A DNA stretch of 64,000 nt from Thermoplasmata archaeon (GCA_035656275.1 DASRSW010000076.1:12740-76739); one strand, 5' to 3'; shown: positions 1 to 8,148, counted from the stretch's first letter. The notes: generated from the sequence alone by a model not told the origin. Numbers and translations are program-made.

Positions 1-558
1 TATCGCGGAGAGCAGCCGATACGCTCCTCTATCGGGTTCGCTGGAGGGCACGTCGAGCCGGTACACTCGGTGGGGCCGGTTTGGAATGGCCCCGTTCCTA
101 AAGTATCGGAGTAGGGGCGACACCCACAACATGAAAAGGACCTGAAAGAACCGTCCCTCGACCTGGAGCGCCGCGTCCACCGATACGCCAGCCTGGTGAA
201 GTGAATTCATCCGATCTTCTCTTCCGACGAGGACGAGGGCGTGTATCCTCGCAATTTTGCGATCCTTGAATCGACCTACGGCAGTAGTCATGGTGTCTCC
301 TCGGTTCAAGACATCATCGATCAGTATGATGTTCTTCCCCGCAACGTCGGTTGTTTCGAGGAGCTGATCGATTGAGTGTCTTTCATAAGCCGTAAGCTCC
401 GATCGAATCTCGACCAATTCGTTGAGGAGCCCCATCCCCTTCTTCCCGATACCTACGAGTACTGTTTCCCGTCCAAAGACGGCCAGCTGTAGGATGAGCT
501 TCGATATCATGACCTCAACCAGACTCAACACGCGCTGAATATCCGCGGGAAACGGCAA
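1..558 (-). CDS. Phosphoribosyltransferase (PRTase)-domain protein; its 3' end runs off the left edge, so it is absent from the ORF track
   Basis: My own minus-strand translation gives ...RETVLVGIGKKGMGLL...DVAGKNIILIDDVLNRGDTMTTAVGRF..., where nt 339-289 match a type-I PRTase PRPP-binding loop. The frame stays open to nt 1, with an in-frame upstream stop at 739-741. Candidate starts are TTG 558, GTG 531 and ATG 510. Confidence 0.7.
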   Translation of the reverse strand, partial: MPFPADIQRVLSLVEVMISKLILQLAVFGRETVLVGIGKKGMGLLNELVEIRSELTAYERHSIDQLLETTDVAGKNIILIDDVLNRGDTMTTAVGRFKDRKIARIHALVLVGREDRMNSLHQAGVSVDAALQVEGRFFQVLFMLWVSPLLRYFRNGAIPNRPHRVYRLDVPSSEPDRGAYRLLSAI

Positions 559-825
559 TTTTCCAGAGAGGGCGACCCAGTTCCTCCACTGTCGAGGGTC
601 GTGGTTTGCCGAGTCGTCCTTCGAGCAGAGGTAACGTTCCGCAAACTGGTCGCGGAGCTTACGGCAATATTCGTGACCTTCGAATGGGCCGGTCGTACCG
701 GGACCAGGAGGGTTTGTTCTTAAGCACTTCCTGGTACGTTACAACATGTGCCACCTTACCGCCGCTCTTCCTCGAGAAGTCCCGCGAACCCTATGTCGGT
801 TCGTTTCTCGGGGCAAGCAAAGCGC

Positions 826-1746
826 TCACGAGGGAGGTGTGGTCAATGTGAGCACGGCTTCGCTCTCGGCCGCAGCCCTGAGATCGTGATCCTCATTGGT
901 CCAACCGTGATCGACTCGAACCCCTTCAATCTCGAGCTTTAGCCTGAATGCGACGCGATAGAGGTGAGCGGCAAACCGTGCAGCGGTCTCGTAGGACATG
1001 TTAGTTACCCCACTGCGTGAGGGCGCCGTCCCACCTAGTCGCGTTTCAGAGATTCCCTCGAACGCCCTGAACTTCTCCTCGATCGCTCCTGCGACTTCAG
1101 GGTCAAAGACCGGAAGCGCCATGCGCAGTTCGATCGAAATGTCCTCTGCCGATCTCTGGAACCGCTCGAATACCGCCACCACCGGATCCGCTGGCACCGT
1201 GCCCGGTGCACCCTGTCTTGTCACCAACTGTTCGCTCATTGTTGCCTCTGTGAGGCCATCCGACATCAGCATGTCGGAGACGAAGTTCTCCTCCGCCAAG
1301 ATTTCTGACATAAGCTTGATAACCGATTCAAGTGCGACTCCGACGGATTCCGCAATGCGTTCAAGCGGGATTCGTGCTCGCCGTTCCTGCGCACGCTGGT
1401 TAAGTTGGGGAAGCAGATTGTTGACTATGACGAGTGACAACGCAATCGTGACCAGTACCAGAGCGAACTCAGCGAGGAAACGCCACAAGTCGAGCTGGCC
1501 AGACTCGTAGACCGCAGCCAGGACGCCTACTGAAAGCAAGCCGAGTGCACCCGCGATACCGTAAACCCATCGCACGGAGTTCGCACTCTTTCGCTTGGAA
1601 GGAACTGGTGCAGTAACGAGCTTTAGCCGAAATCGGCCCATTTCTAAACTGATCTTCCAGTCTAGAAGTGGGATATTCATGATGACGGACTTCTCCGCGT
1701 CAAGCTCCCGTCGTCTGGAGTCGTGACACTGCGCCCTACCGTTCAC
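826..1746 (-). CDS. Hypothetical membrane protein (2 predicted TM helices plus a helical soluble C-terminal region), upstream of and co-oriented with the PRTase gene
   Basis: Track ORF of 306 aa. Hydrophobic segments are WVYGIAGALGLLSVGVLAAV and FALVLVTIALSLVIVNNLL. An alternative ATG lies at 1680. No recognisable catalytic motif. Confidence 0.6.
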   Translation of the reverse strand: MNGRAQCHDSRRRELDAEKSVIMNIPLLDWKISLEMGRFRLKLVTAPVPSKRKSANSVRWVYGIAGALGLLSVGVLAAVYESGQLDLWRFLAEFALVLVTIALSLVIVNNLLPQLNQRAQERRARIPLERIAESVGVALESVIKLMSEILAEENFVSDMLMSDGLTEATMSEQLVTRQGAPGTVPADPVVAVFERFQRSAEDISIELRMALPVFDPEVAGAIEEKFRAFEGISETRLGGTAPSRSGVTNMSYETAARFAAHLYRVAFRLKLEIEGVRVDHGWTNEDHDLRAAAESEAVLTLTTPPS

Positions 1747-2064
1747 TGCACTAGCGAATTGGCCCGCCTTAGCTCGAAGTCTCTGGAAGTATCAGCTTAC
1801 CGCCGGCCACCGCTTGGACAATAAGGTAAATAGCATACTGCGGTATGCGGGCATGCTGCGGCTTCTTAGAGCCAAGGGGCGAACTGCCATACTTAAGACT
1901 AAGCGGTCGACTCGAAGCGACGGGGCCCCCCACCTTAAGTACTTGGCACCATCCGGCTGTCGCAGCTTCAGTAGAGTTGATTAGACTTGGGTCTGACTTC
2001 AATACCTACGGGTCGTGTGGCGTTGTCGGACGTGAGTGAGGTGGAGGCTGTGGCCCAACCCGAG

Positions 2065-2373
2065 ATGGCAGTCCCAAACAGGCTCGAGCTTCTCTCGAAA
2101 GAGTTGATTGTCGCTCGAGCAATCTATGCGGCAAGGGTCGAGAAGGATCCTGAGCCGATGTACTTCAACCGCCTTGTGGGAATACTCGAGGAAAGAAAGC
2201 TCGCCTCTAGGGCAACAGTAAGCAAGTCGCTTGACATGCTCTTCGATCAGGGGATTGTCAAGGCTGACTGGCAGAAGCGGAAGGATGGCAAGTACGTACG
2301 GGCGCTCAAGATTGCCGGCGAGGCGCAGAGCTTCGTTGAGGCCATCTACTCCCACACCAGGTCAGACAAGTAG
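2065..2373 (+). CDS. Small winged-helix (wHTH) DNA-binding protein
   Basis: Track ORF 1987..2373, with the ATG at 2065 preferred. LASRATVSKSLDMLFDQGIVKADWQKRKDGKYVRALKI has a helix-turn-helix plus beta-wing pattern. Confidence 0.55.
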   Translation: MAVPNRLELLSKELIVARAIYAARVEKDPEPMYFNRLVGILEERKLASRATVSKSLDMLFDQGIVKADWQKRKDGKYVRALKIAGEAQSFVEAIYSHTRSDK

Positions 2374-2528
2374 TTCGCCCTCCCCTCCATCACCTAGCCG
2401 CTTCCCGCCCATTTTCGATTGCGAAGAACCTCAAGGAATGGACAGATTGGTAGGAGAGTCAACATTATATATCGGCGTATGATAATCATACTCGGGTGCG
2501 AGCATCATACTGCTCGTGGAAAGGTATC

Positions 2529-2696
2529 ATGGCGCAAAGGGACCAAGTCGACTGGAATGATGTGGCTCGAGGCGTCCTCAGCATCGCCAGCGGAGTCGTA
2601 ACGATCAGACAGGCGACCAAGCGGTGCCCGTGCGATGGCACTCCATTGCCGTTCAAGACATACTGTCCTGAATGCAATCACCTTCACATCCTATGA
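2529..2696 (+). CDS. Small putative zinc-ribbon protein (55 aa)
   Basis: Track ORF 2496..2696 with an internal ATG at 2529. The Cys pairs CPCDG...CPEC are present, and an AT-rich TTATATAT box lies at 2465-2472 upstream. Confidence 0.35.
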   Translation: MAQRDQVDWNDVARGVLSIASGVVTIRQATKRCPCDGTPLPFKTYCPECNHLHIL

Positions 2697-3070
2697 GAAG
2701 GCCGAGTGAGCCCCGCGACTCGGGGGGGTGTTCCGCCCCCTCCTCATCCTCGGCCAGTGCCAAACATCTGGTTGGCTGCCGTCACATTCCGGCCCTTGAA
2801 CCGAGGGACGATGCGTGGCAGCTAGTCCGTGCCGATCAAGCGCGGACCAGCTAGGACTGCCATGATTGGAGTGATGTCCGCGAGCGTGACGGACGTTTTC
2901 GCTCTGCCCCCCCGATCGGCGGGCGGGGAGCCGCTGGGACGCTACCGTGAAACCACGATAGGGATGGGCGAGGCTGGCGTCTATTTTACAGGGAATTTCG
3001 ATCCTCTCGTGCATCAACTCAAGCGTTGGTGGGACCGACCCCAGACTATCCTGCAACGGGGCCGGCGCAA

Positions 3071-4297
3071 ATGACTCGCAAGAGTCCTACAACCCCGCCC
3101 ATTTCACGAATCATTTCGATTCTCCTCATAGTCGTCACACTGATGGTGGCGTCGACATTCCTAGCGTTCAAAGATGCGTTTGAGATCCCTGAAGCCCCAC
3201 CTACAACAGCGATGACCCCGCACGGCCACCCCCTTGTTAGCGCATCGACGCCGTCGCCAAGAACTCCGTTCTGGAACAACACAACAGTCGAAGAGACTGA
3301 GACGTTCAACTTCGGTCCGCTTTCTTCCCCCTGGGGGTCGTTCGGTCTGACATACGCGTTTGGTGGAGTGATTCTGCTGACTGGCGGAGCCATCGATTCC
3401 GGAACTGAGCGAGGCGGCGAGGTCCGATTGGAGACTCCTGCCTATTCGCTGCTGAACATCACTGTCGCCTCTCACACTGTCTCGGTACCACTGCCAAACC
3501 TCCTTGGAATCGATCAGTCCCTCAATGTAGCCACCTTGGATCTCCAGTTGGAGGTTCCTTACTTGGGAATTCTCACACTGGCCTCCTTCTCCTTGTCGAT
3601 AGTGATTTCAGTAGTACTTGAGGCGACGAGCTCTGTGGTCGGCTGCGGGACGGGGGCGGGAGAGGTAATGTGGGACAGTAGCGGAGCGCGTCAGGTATCC
3701 ACGTGCGCTGCAGGACTCCACCCTGGAGAAATCGTCAGTTCCACGCTGAGTAATCTGAGATTCGCGCTTGCGGCCGGCGTTCAGGCGGAAGCAACTATTG
3801 CCGATGTGTTCACCGATACGATTCCTATTCTCCCATTGACCCCAATCATGAGTGTTGCCGCGCCAGTTTCATTGATTGACTCGAGCTACACGGTAGTTTC
3901 CCCGCCGAGTCACCTTCACTCCTATGTCACCCCTAACCCCGCAACCGATGGTGAGGCCGTCCAGCTCCTCTCAAGCGTTTCGGGAGGTGCGGGAGTAATT
4001 TCGTATTCGTATCTGGGAAGTCTTCCGGGATCGGGGTGCTCTGACGCTGGCCCGGGTGTGATAGCTTGCACCGCGACGGAGCAAGGTAACTTTTCGCTCC
4101 AAGTCGAAGCTACCGACCAACAGGGGGTGAGAACCCTAGGCTACGCGAACTATACGGAAACGGCACCTCCTGGCCCCGACTACAATGGGCTTTCAGGGTG
4201 GTCCACTCTCTCGGTGCTCCAGGCCGGCACCGGACTCCTGATGATCGTGATTGCAGTAGAGTTGGTAGTCATTCTCATCCAGGGGCGTCGGTCATAG
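3071..4297 (+). CDS. Membrane-anchored surface protein with one Cys-bracketed Ig-like (He_PIG-like) repeat and a C-terminal TM anchor
   Basis: Track ORF 3026..4297, with the ATG at 3071 preferred. The N-terminal TM is ISRIISILLIVVTLMVAS and the C-terminal TM is LLMIVIAVELVVILI followed by a basic tail. The repeat SGGAGVISYSYLGSLPGSGCSDAGPGVIACTATEQGNFSLQVEATD matches the repeats of 14307..17207. Confidence 0.75.
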   Translation: MTRKSPTTPPISRIISILLIVVTLMVASTFLAFKDAFEIPEAPPTTAMTPHGHPLVSASTPSPRTPFWNNTTVEETETFNFGPLSSPWGSFGLTYAFGGVILLTGGAIDSGTERGGEVRLETPAYSLLNITVASHTVSVPLPNLLGIDQSLNVATLDLQLEVPYLGILTLASFSLSIVISVVLEATSSVVGCGTGAGEVMWDSSGARQVSTCAAGLHPGEIVSSTLSNLRFALAAGVQAEATIADVFTDTIPILPLTPIMSVAAPVSLIDSSYTVVSPPSHLHSYVTPNPATDGEAVQLLSSVSGGAGVISYSYLGSLPGSGCSDAGPGVIACTATEQGNFSLQVEATDQQGVRTLGYANYTETAPPGPDYNGLSGWSTLSVLQAGTGLLMIVIAVELVVILIQGRRS

Positions 4298-4906
4298 AGG
4301 GTAGCCGCGAGCCACGCGATCCCCCAATGACGGCCCCTCGAGGAGGTCGCGGAGCTTCTCGTGGAGCGCCCGCAACGCGAGCACCTTCTGCTCGAGGTCC
4401 TCCAGGATGACGCGGTTCACGCGGGCGCGGAGTTGAGCCTCGGTCTCGCCGTTCGCGGCGTAGGAGGCGAACCCGCTGCGGGCGGACTCGAACTGGCCCG
4501 CGTTGAAGACGAGCTGGCCGGAGGCCCAGGCGCGGCCGGCCTCGGGCGACGGGGTGGCGTCCTCGTCGGCGTGGGCGATCTCGGGCGCGACGGTGGGAGG
4601 GCGCGGGAGTTCGCTCGCGGGGGTGAATCCTGGTACCTCGGCCAGCCTCACTTTCGGCTTGGCGGACGCTCCTCCGCGGTAGCTCCCGAAGTCGGGGGAG
4701 TGCTCGCGGAGGTAGGCGTGATAGGGGCGCTGCGCGCCGAAGTCCACGACGTAGCGGATCTCGGCGTCGCGGGGGATCGGGAAGCCGCAGCCACAAGAGC
4801 ACTTCCGGGGCCACCGGTTGCCGGTGACCGTGCGAAGGCGGGGGGCGTGGTCGGCAGTGGTCGGGGTTCTCTGCTCGGTCGCGGGCGCGGTGATGCTTTG
4901 CTGCAT
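4292..4906 (-). CDS. Family A hypothetical protein, copy 1 (TVTGNRWPRKCSCGC Cys motif plus C-terminal coiled coil)
   Basis: Track ORF 4292..4954. The ATG at 4906 (MQQSITAP...) gives 204 aa, the same length as the paralog at 25809..26423, and AGGTGA lies 4 nt upstream of it. Similarity to copy 2 is strong from PRLRTVTGNRWPRKCSCGC to LEQKVLALRALHEKLRD. Confidence 0.8.
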   Translation of the reverse strand: MQQSITAPATEQRTPTTADHAPRLRTVTGNRWPRKCSCGCGFPIPRDAEIRYVVDFGAQRPYHAYLREHSPDFGSYRGGASAKPKVRLAEVPGFTPASELPRPPTVAPEIAHADEDATPSPEAGRAWASGQLVFNAGQFESARSGFASYAANGETEAQLRARVNRVILEDLEQKVLALRALHEKLRDLLEGPSLGDRVARGYPL

Positions 4907-4940
4907 CGTTTCACCTCGCGAATGGCAGGTGAAACGATGC
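4903..4940. promoter_or_regulatory. Palindromic element, copy 1 (13/14-bp perfect arms, 10-nt spacer) embedding the SD and start codon of family A
   Basis: gCATCGTTTCACCT (4903-4916), cgcgaatggc, AGGTGAAACGATGc (4927-4940). CAT at 4904-4906 is the A1 start codon on the minus strand. Confidence 0.8.
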
Positions 4941-4989
4941 GGGGTTGGAACCAAGCAGCTTCATTCGCACCGGTCCCTTTCGGCAATCG

Positions 4990-5682
4990 ATGGCCGGTCC
5001 CCTCCCGTCCGACCGACGCGAGTTCGACCTCACCTCCGATGCGGCCGGGGAGTCGCGAGCTCAGCGCTCCTCAATCGGCTCCATCGTCTGGACGTACATC
5101 ATCGGAGCGGTCGCGATCGTCGCCCTCGGAGCGTTCACTCTCTCCGGGTCCATCGTCGGCACGGTCCTGGAGGGATGGGGCGCCATCATTGTCGGGGTCG
5201 GGATCATCGTCGTCGGGACGGTCTACGTCAAGTTCTACCTAGGGAAGAACGAGGTGATCCGCCTCGGCGTGGACAGCGACGGGCTCCGGTTCACATGGAC
5301 GAAGGGCACCACGACCACCTTCGCGTGGTCCGACCCGCGGCTGAAGGTCGACCTATGCCACCTCGAGGGGAACCCGAACGACGTTCTGCCCGCAGATGAC
5401 CCTCGGAGTCGGCGACCGTGGTGGATCGACGCCTGGAAGCCTGCGGGGAGCACCATCGCTGTAGAAACCACGCTACCCGAGGACGCATACCGCGCCCTCC
5501 TCGCGGAGGTCTCTCTCAGGGTACCCGGAGTTCAATCCGTTCCTGCGGCCTACTTCTGTTGGGAGCCGAGCCCCCGTGTTCCTGGCGAGCTGCACCACCG
5601 GAGTGGTTCTAAGCTAAAGCCGGGGGAGTCGACGAATGGCACCCTGACGCGAGTCCGGGGAACGGCCGTGATTGAAAGCTAG
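4990..5682 (+). CDS. Family B hypothetical 2-TM membrane protein with a beta-rich C-terminal domain, copy 1
   Basis: Track ORF 4945..5682. The ATG at 4990 (MAGPLPSDRREFDL) aligns with the copy-2 start MSEPLPSDRLEFDL. TM helices are IVWTYIIGAVAIVALGAFTL and WGAIIVGVGIIVVGTVYV. It is a 230-aa paralog of 26506..27198. Confidence 0.8.
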   Translation: MAGPLPSDRREFDLTSDAAGESRAQRSSIGSIVWTYIIGAVAIVALGAFTLSGSIVGTVLEGWGAIIVGVGIIVVGTVYVKFYLGKNEVIRLGVDSDGLRFTWTKGTTTTFAWSDPRLKVDLCHLEGNPNDVLPADDPRSRRPWWIDAWKPAGSTIAVETTLPEDAYRALLAEVSLRVPGVQSVPAAYFCWEPSPRVPGELHHRSGSKLKPGESTNGTLTRVRGTAVIES

Positions 5683-5930
5683 CACTGTTGCCTCCCGACG
5701 GTCGCGATCTGTGTAGTAAGCGGCCGGCGCATGGAGTTCGCCCTCAGCGCGCTGGGGGCTCTGCTGCATCGCACGTTCCTCGAGAGGGAGGGAACGGGCG
5801 ATGCGTGAACGCCGAATCAGCGACCTCGAGGCTTTCAGTAGGCCGTCAACGCGGGTTGTTAGCCTGATTCGAGGACACCCAGCGCTCGGAGCAATAGATT
5901 AGGCCCCTCAGGCGTAGGGCCGCTAACTCT

Positions 5931-6758
5931 GTGCCAGCGAGTCTAGAGGAAGGCTGGGTCAGGGCGACTGCCCTCATCCAGAACGAAGCAGGGGAGCTTG
6001 GAACCGGATTCTTCGTGGCGCGGAAAGTGGATGAAGCTTCTCTCCGCCTCTTCTTAATCACCAACAAGCACGTTCTAGCTGATACTCGGAAACACAGAGA
6101 TGGGGCCCGCCAGATTGAACTCAATCTGAACCTACGGAAAGACGGCAAGATTGTTGGGACCAAGGCGATCCTCCCCTTGCGTCTTGCGGACGGAAACGCC
6201 ATCTGGCGCGAGCACGAGGACCCTGACGTTGACGTGCTCGCAATCGACGTCACCGCAGTCAAGGTTCAGGTGGTCGACATGGACGTCAAGTGGGCCGGCT
6301 ACGACGGCTTCGCCGATCCGCAGAAGATCGTTGACCACGAGATTACTATGGCTGACGAGGTGATTGCGCTCGGGTACCCACTCGGCCTCAAACAAGGAGA
6401 TACCTTCCTGCCGATCGCGAAATCAGGGATTCTCGCCTCCAAGATTGGAGAGCGAGTTTCCGACACTGTTCAGACCTCAGGTGGGGAACTGCACCACCGA
6501 AACATGCCGGCATTCTTGGTCGACGGCGCGTTCATACCAGGCTCAAGTGGGAGTCCAGTGATCCTTAAACCCATGGTCGGAAGGGTCGTGAGGCGTAACA
6601 TAGTCCTCTCTCCCGCTCCATCCCTGCTTCTTGGAATCATTTCTGAGACCAAGTATGTTCCAGTTAGCACACTCCACGGAGAGAGGCTCGCCCTTCCCGG
6701 AATTGCACTCGCCTTCGACGTGTCGACGATAATAGATGTAATCGAATCCTTCTTTTGA
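5931..6758 (+). CDS. Trypsin-like (chymotrypsin-fold) serine peptidase
   Basis: Track ORF of 275 aa with a GTG start. The catalytic triad context is TNKHVL (His), DVDVLAID (Asp) and IPGSSGSPVI (Ser). No signal peptide is evident. Confidence 0.8.
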   Translation: MPASLEEGWVRATALIQNEAGELGTGFFVARKVDEASLRLFLITNKHVLADTRKHRDGARQIELNLNLRKDGKIVGTKAILPLRLADGNAIWREHEDPDVDVLAIDVTAVKVQVVDMDVKWAGYDGFADPQKIVDHEITMADEVIALGYPLGLKQGDTFLPIAKSGILASKIGERVSDTVQTSGGELHHRNMPAFLVDGAFIPGSSGSPVILKPMVGRVVRRNIVLSPAPSLLLGIISETKYVPVSTLHGERLALPGIALAFDVSTIIDVIESFF

Positions 6759-6785
6759 TTCCTGAAGACACGATTTCAGAAGTCG

Positions 6786-6965
6786 TCACCGAAGTAGACC
6801 ATGAGAAGATCGATTCAAACTCGCCGTGAAACGCCAAGCGGGCACGCTTGTCCCTCGTGCGTCGATAACTCTGGGGGTCCATTGATTACCAGTGACGGAG
6901 GGGAAGCGTGGGGCGGTGCGCGTGGGCGGCTCGGGCCTCGCGGATTCGATGATGCTGGAGGGCAT
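6786..6965 (-). pseudogene. Truncated, diverged family A copy (59 codons, below the ORF-track cutoff)
   Basis: My own translation is MPSSIIESARPEPPTRTAPRFPSVTGNQWTPRVIDARGTSVPAWRFTASLNRSSHGLLR*. The first 8 aa and ~33 nt of the 5' end are identical to copy 2 (25809..26423). The VTGNQW motif is retained and the CSCGC motif is lost. Confidence 0.5.
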
Positions 6966-6998
6966 CGTTTCCCCTCGCGAAGGGCAGGTGAAACGAGG
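6963..6998. promoter_or_regulatory. Palindromic element, copy 2 (degenerate)
   Basis: CATCGTTTCCCCT, cgcgaagggc, AGGTGAAACGAGG. It has the same 13+10+13 layout with 2-3 arm mismatches. Confidence 0.6.
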
Positions 6999-7132
6999 CA
7001 GTAGACCGCGTTGAGTTCAGAGGAAGCCCCATCCGAGGGCGTCTAGTGGTCCGGTCCCTTGCGTTCAGAAGAGTTCTTGACTCAAGGTGGGTACTGCGCT
7101 TGCGTGGGTGAATCAGCTTACAGCAGAAATGA

Positions 7133-7996
7133 CTACTGCTCGCCAAACCAGGCATCAATCAGTCTGGTCACGTCCTCAAGAACGGCGGTCGCTTGGATGA
7201 TCGTGAGATCGAACGAACCGGAATGAACCGCCATTATCCTCTGGGCGTTGGTCCCGTGCAGTGACTTGTAGAACCCTAGCGAGACCGACGACTGGATGTC
7301 TTCGGCAACCACACGCTCCGCCAGCAGTTCTCCGAGTGTCCGTTTTCTCGCAGCCCAATCCGAAACCGGCCATCCCTTCCTGACCCCTCTCAGAAAGATA
7401 GCTGCCTCCGCGGCTTTGGCAATCACCGCTACTGAGGCGTTGGGAAGCCCGGCGATAAGGGAGTCTCGCCCTTCCTCGTATGCCCTGAACAAGTTCTGCC
7501 CCTCTCGGTCCTGACGGAGAAGGGTTCGAGTGAGCTGGCCAATCTCAGGTAACGGAAGTGCCTGAGGAGACTGTCTCATTGTGACTACGAAGGGCGTCTC
7601 CTGGGCGTATCCGTCGTTCACCAGCCACTTTGCGACCTTCGGCCTGAGTCCAATCCACGTCCCTCCCCAATGGACGCCTGACTCATCGGTCCAGTCAATC
7701 ATGAAGTCCACCGTGAACGCCTCCGCGAGCTTAGCCGGCTCACGGAAGATGAGCAACCCCTTCCCGTCTCCTTGAGTCGAAGTCGAGACCTCCCATTCCC
7801 CTGGAGGTGAGTGAAGTCGGGCCCGGACTATCGCGCGGCCGTATCGATCACCGAACCGGTTCCCGACCTGGACGGGGATTTGGAGCATCAGCGAGAGTAG
7901 GGTGACCCTAGGCTTGTTCCTTGCGTGGAGGTTAGCGGCCCGTAGGCGGCCCTTTCGCGTAAGGAGGGGGGCAAACGGGAGGGGTTCGGCACGCAA
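7133..7996 (-). CDS. Hypothetical protein with a C-terminal HEPN-like helical domain (Rx4H motif)
   Basis: Track ORF of 287 aa with a TTG start; an alternative ATG lies at 7888. The C-terminal helical region contains ...SLHGTNAQRIMAVHSGSFDLTIIQATAVLEDVTRLIDAWF, with R253-x4-H258 at nt 7240-7223. The N-terminal half is beta-rich and of unknown fold. Confidence 0.6.
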   Translation of the reverse strand: MRAEPLPFAPLLTRKGRLRAANLHARNKPRVTLLSLMLQIPVQVGNRFGDRYGRAIVRARLHSPPGEWEVSTSTQGDGKGLLIFREPAKLAEAFTVDFMIDWTDESGVHWGGTWIGLRPKVAKWLVNDGYAQETPFVVTMRQSPQALPLPEIGQLTRTLLRQDREGQNLFRAYEEGRDSLIAGLPNASVAVIAKAAEAAIFLRGVRKGWPVSDWAARKRTLGELLAERVVAEDIQSSVSLGFYKSLHGTNAQRIMAVHSGSFDLTIIQATAVLEDVTRLIDAWFGEQ

Positions 7997-8148
7997 GATT
8001 TCGGTGCGCGATCACACTTCCTCGTGAAGGGGAAAACGGGCGATACTTTTAACTGCCGGTGGGGCGACATGTGGCTTGCAGTCCTTCCAGAATGGCTGGA
8101 ACCGGCCCGACGAGGATTCTTACGGTACGACGCCCTTGAAGCGGCCCA

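Noticed and set aside
4275-5399. Alternative-frame ORFs over family A/B copy 1 (4275..4814, 4361..5242, 4648..4986, 4818..5399)
   Set aside because: Only the frames chosen for A1 and B1 are conserved as protein in the second copy at 25.8-27.2 kb. The others are Arg/Pro-rich GC artefacts.
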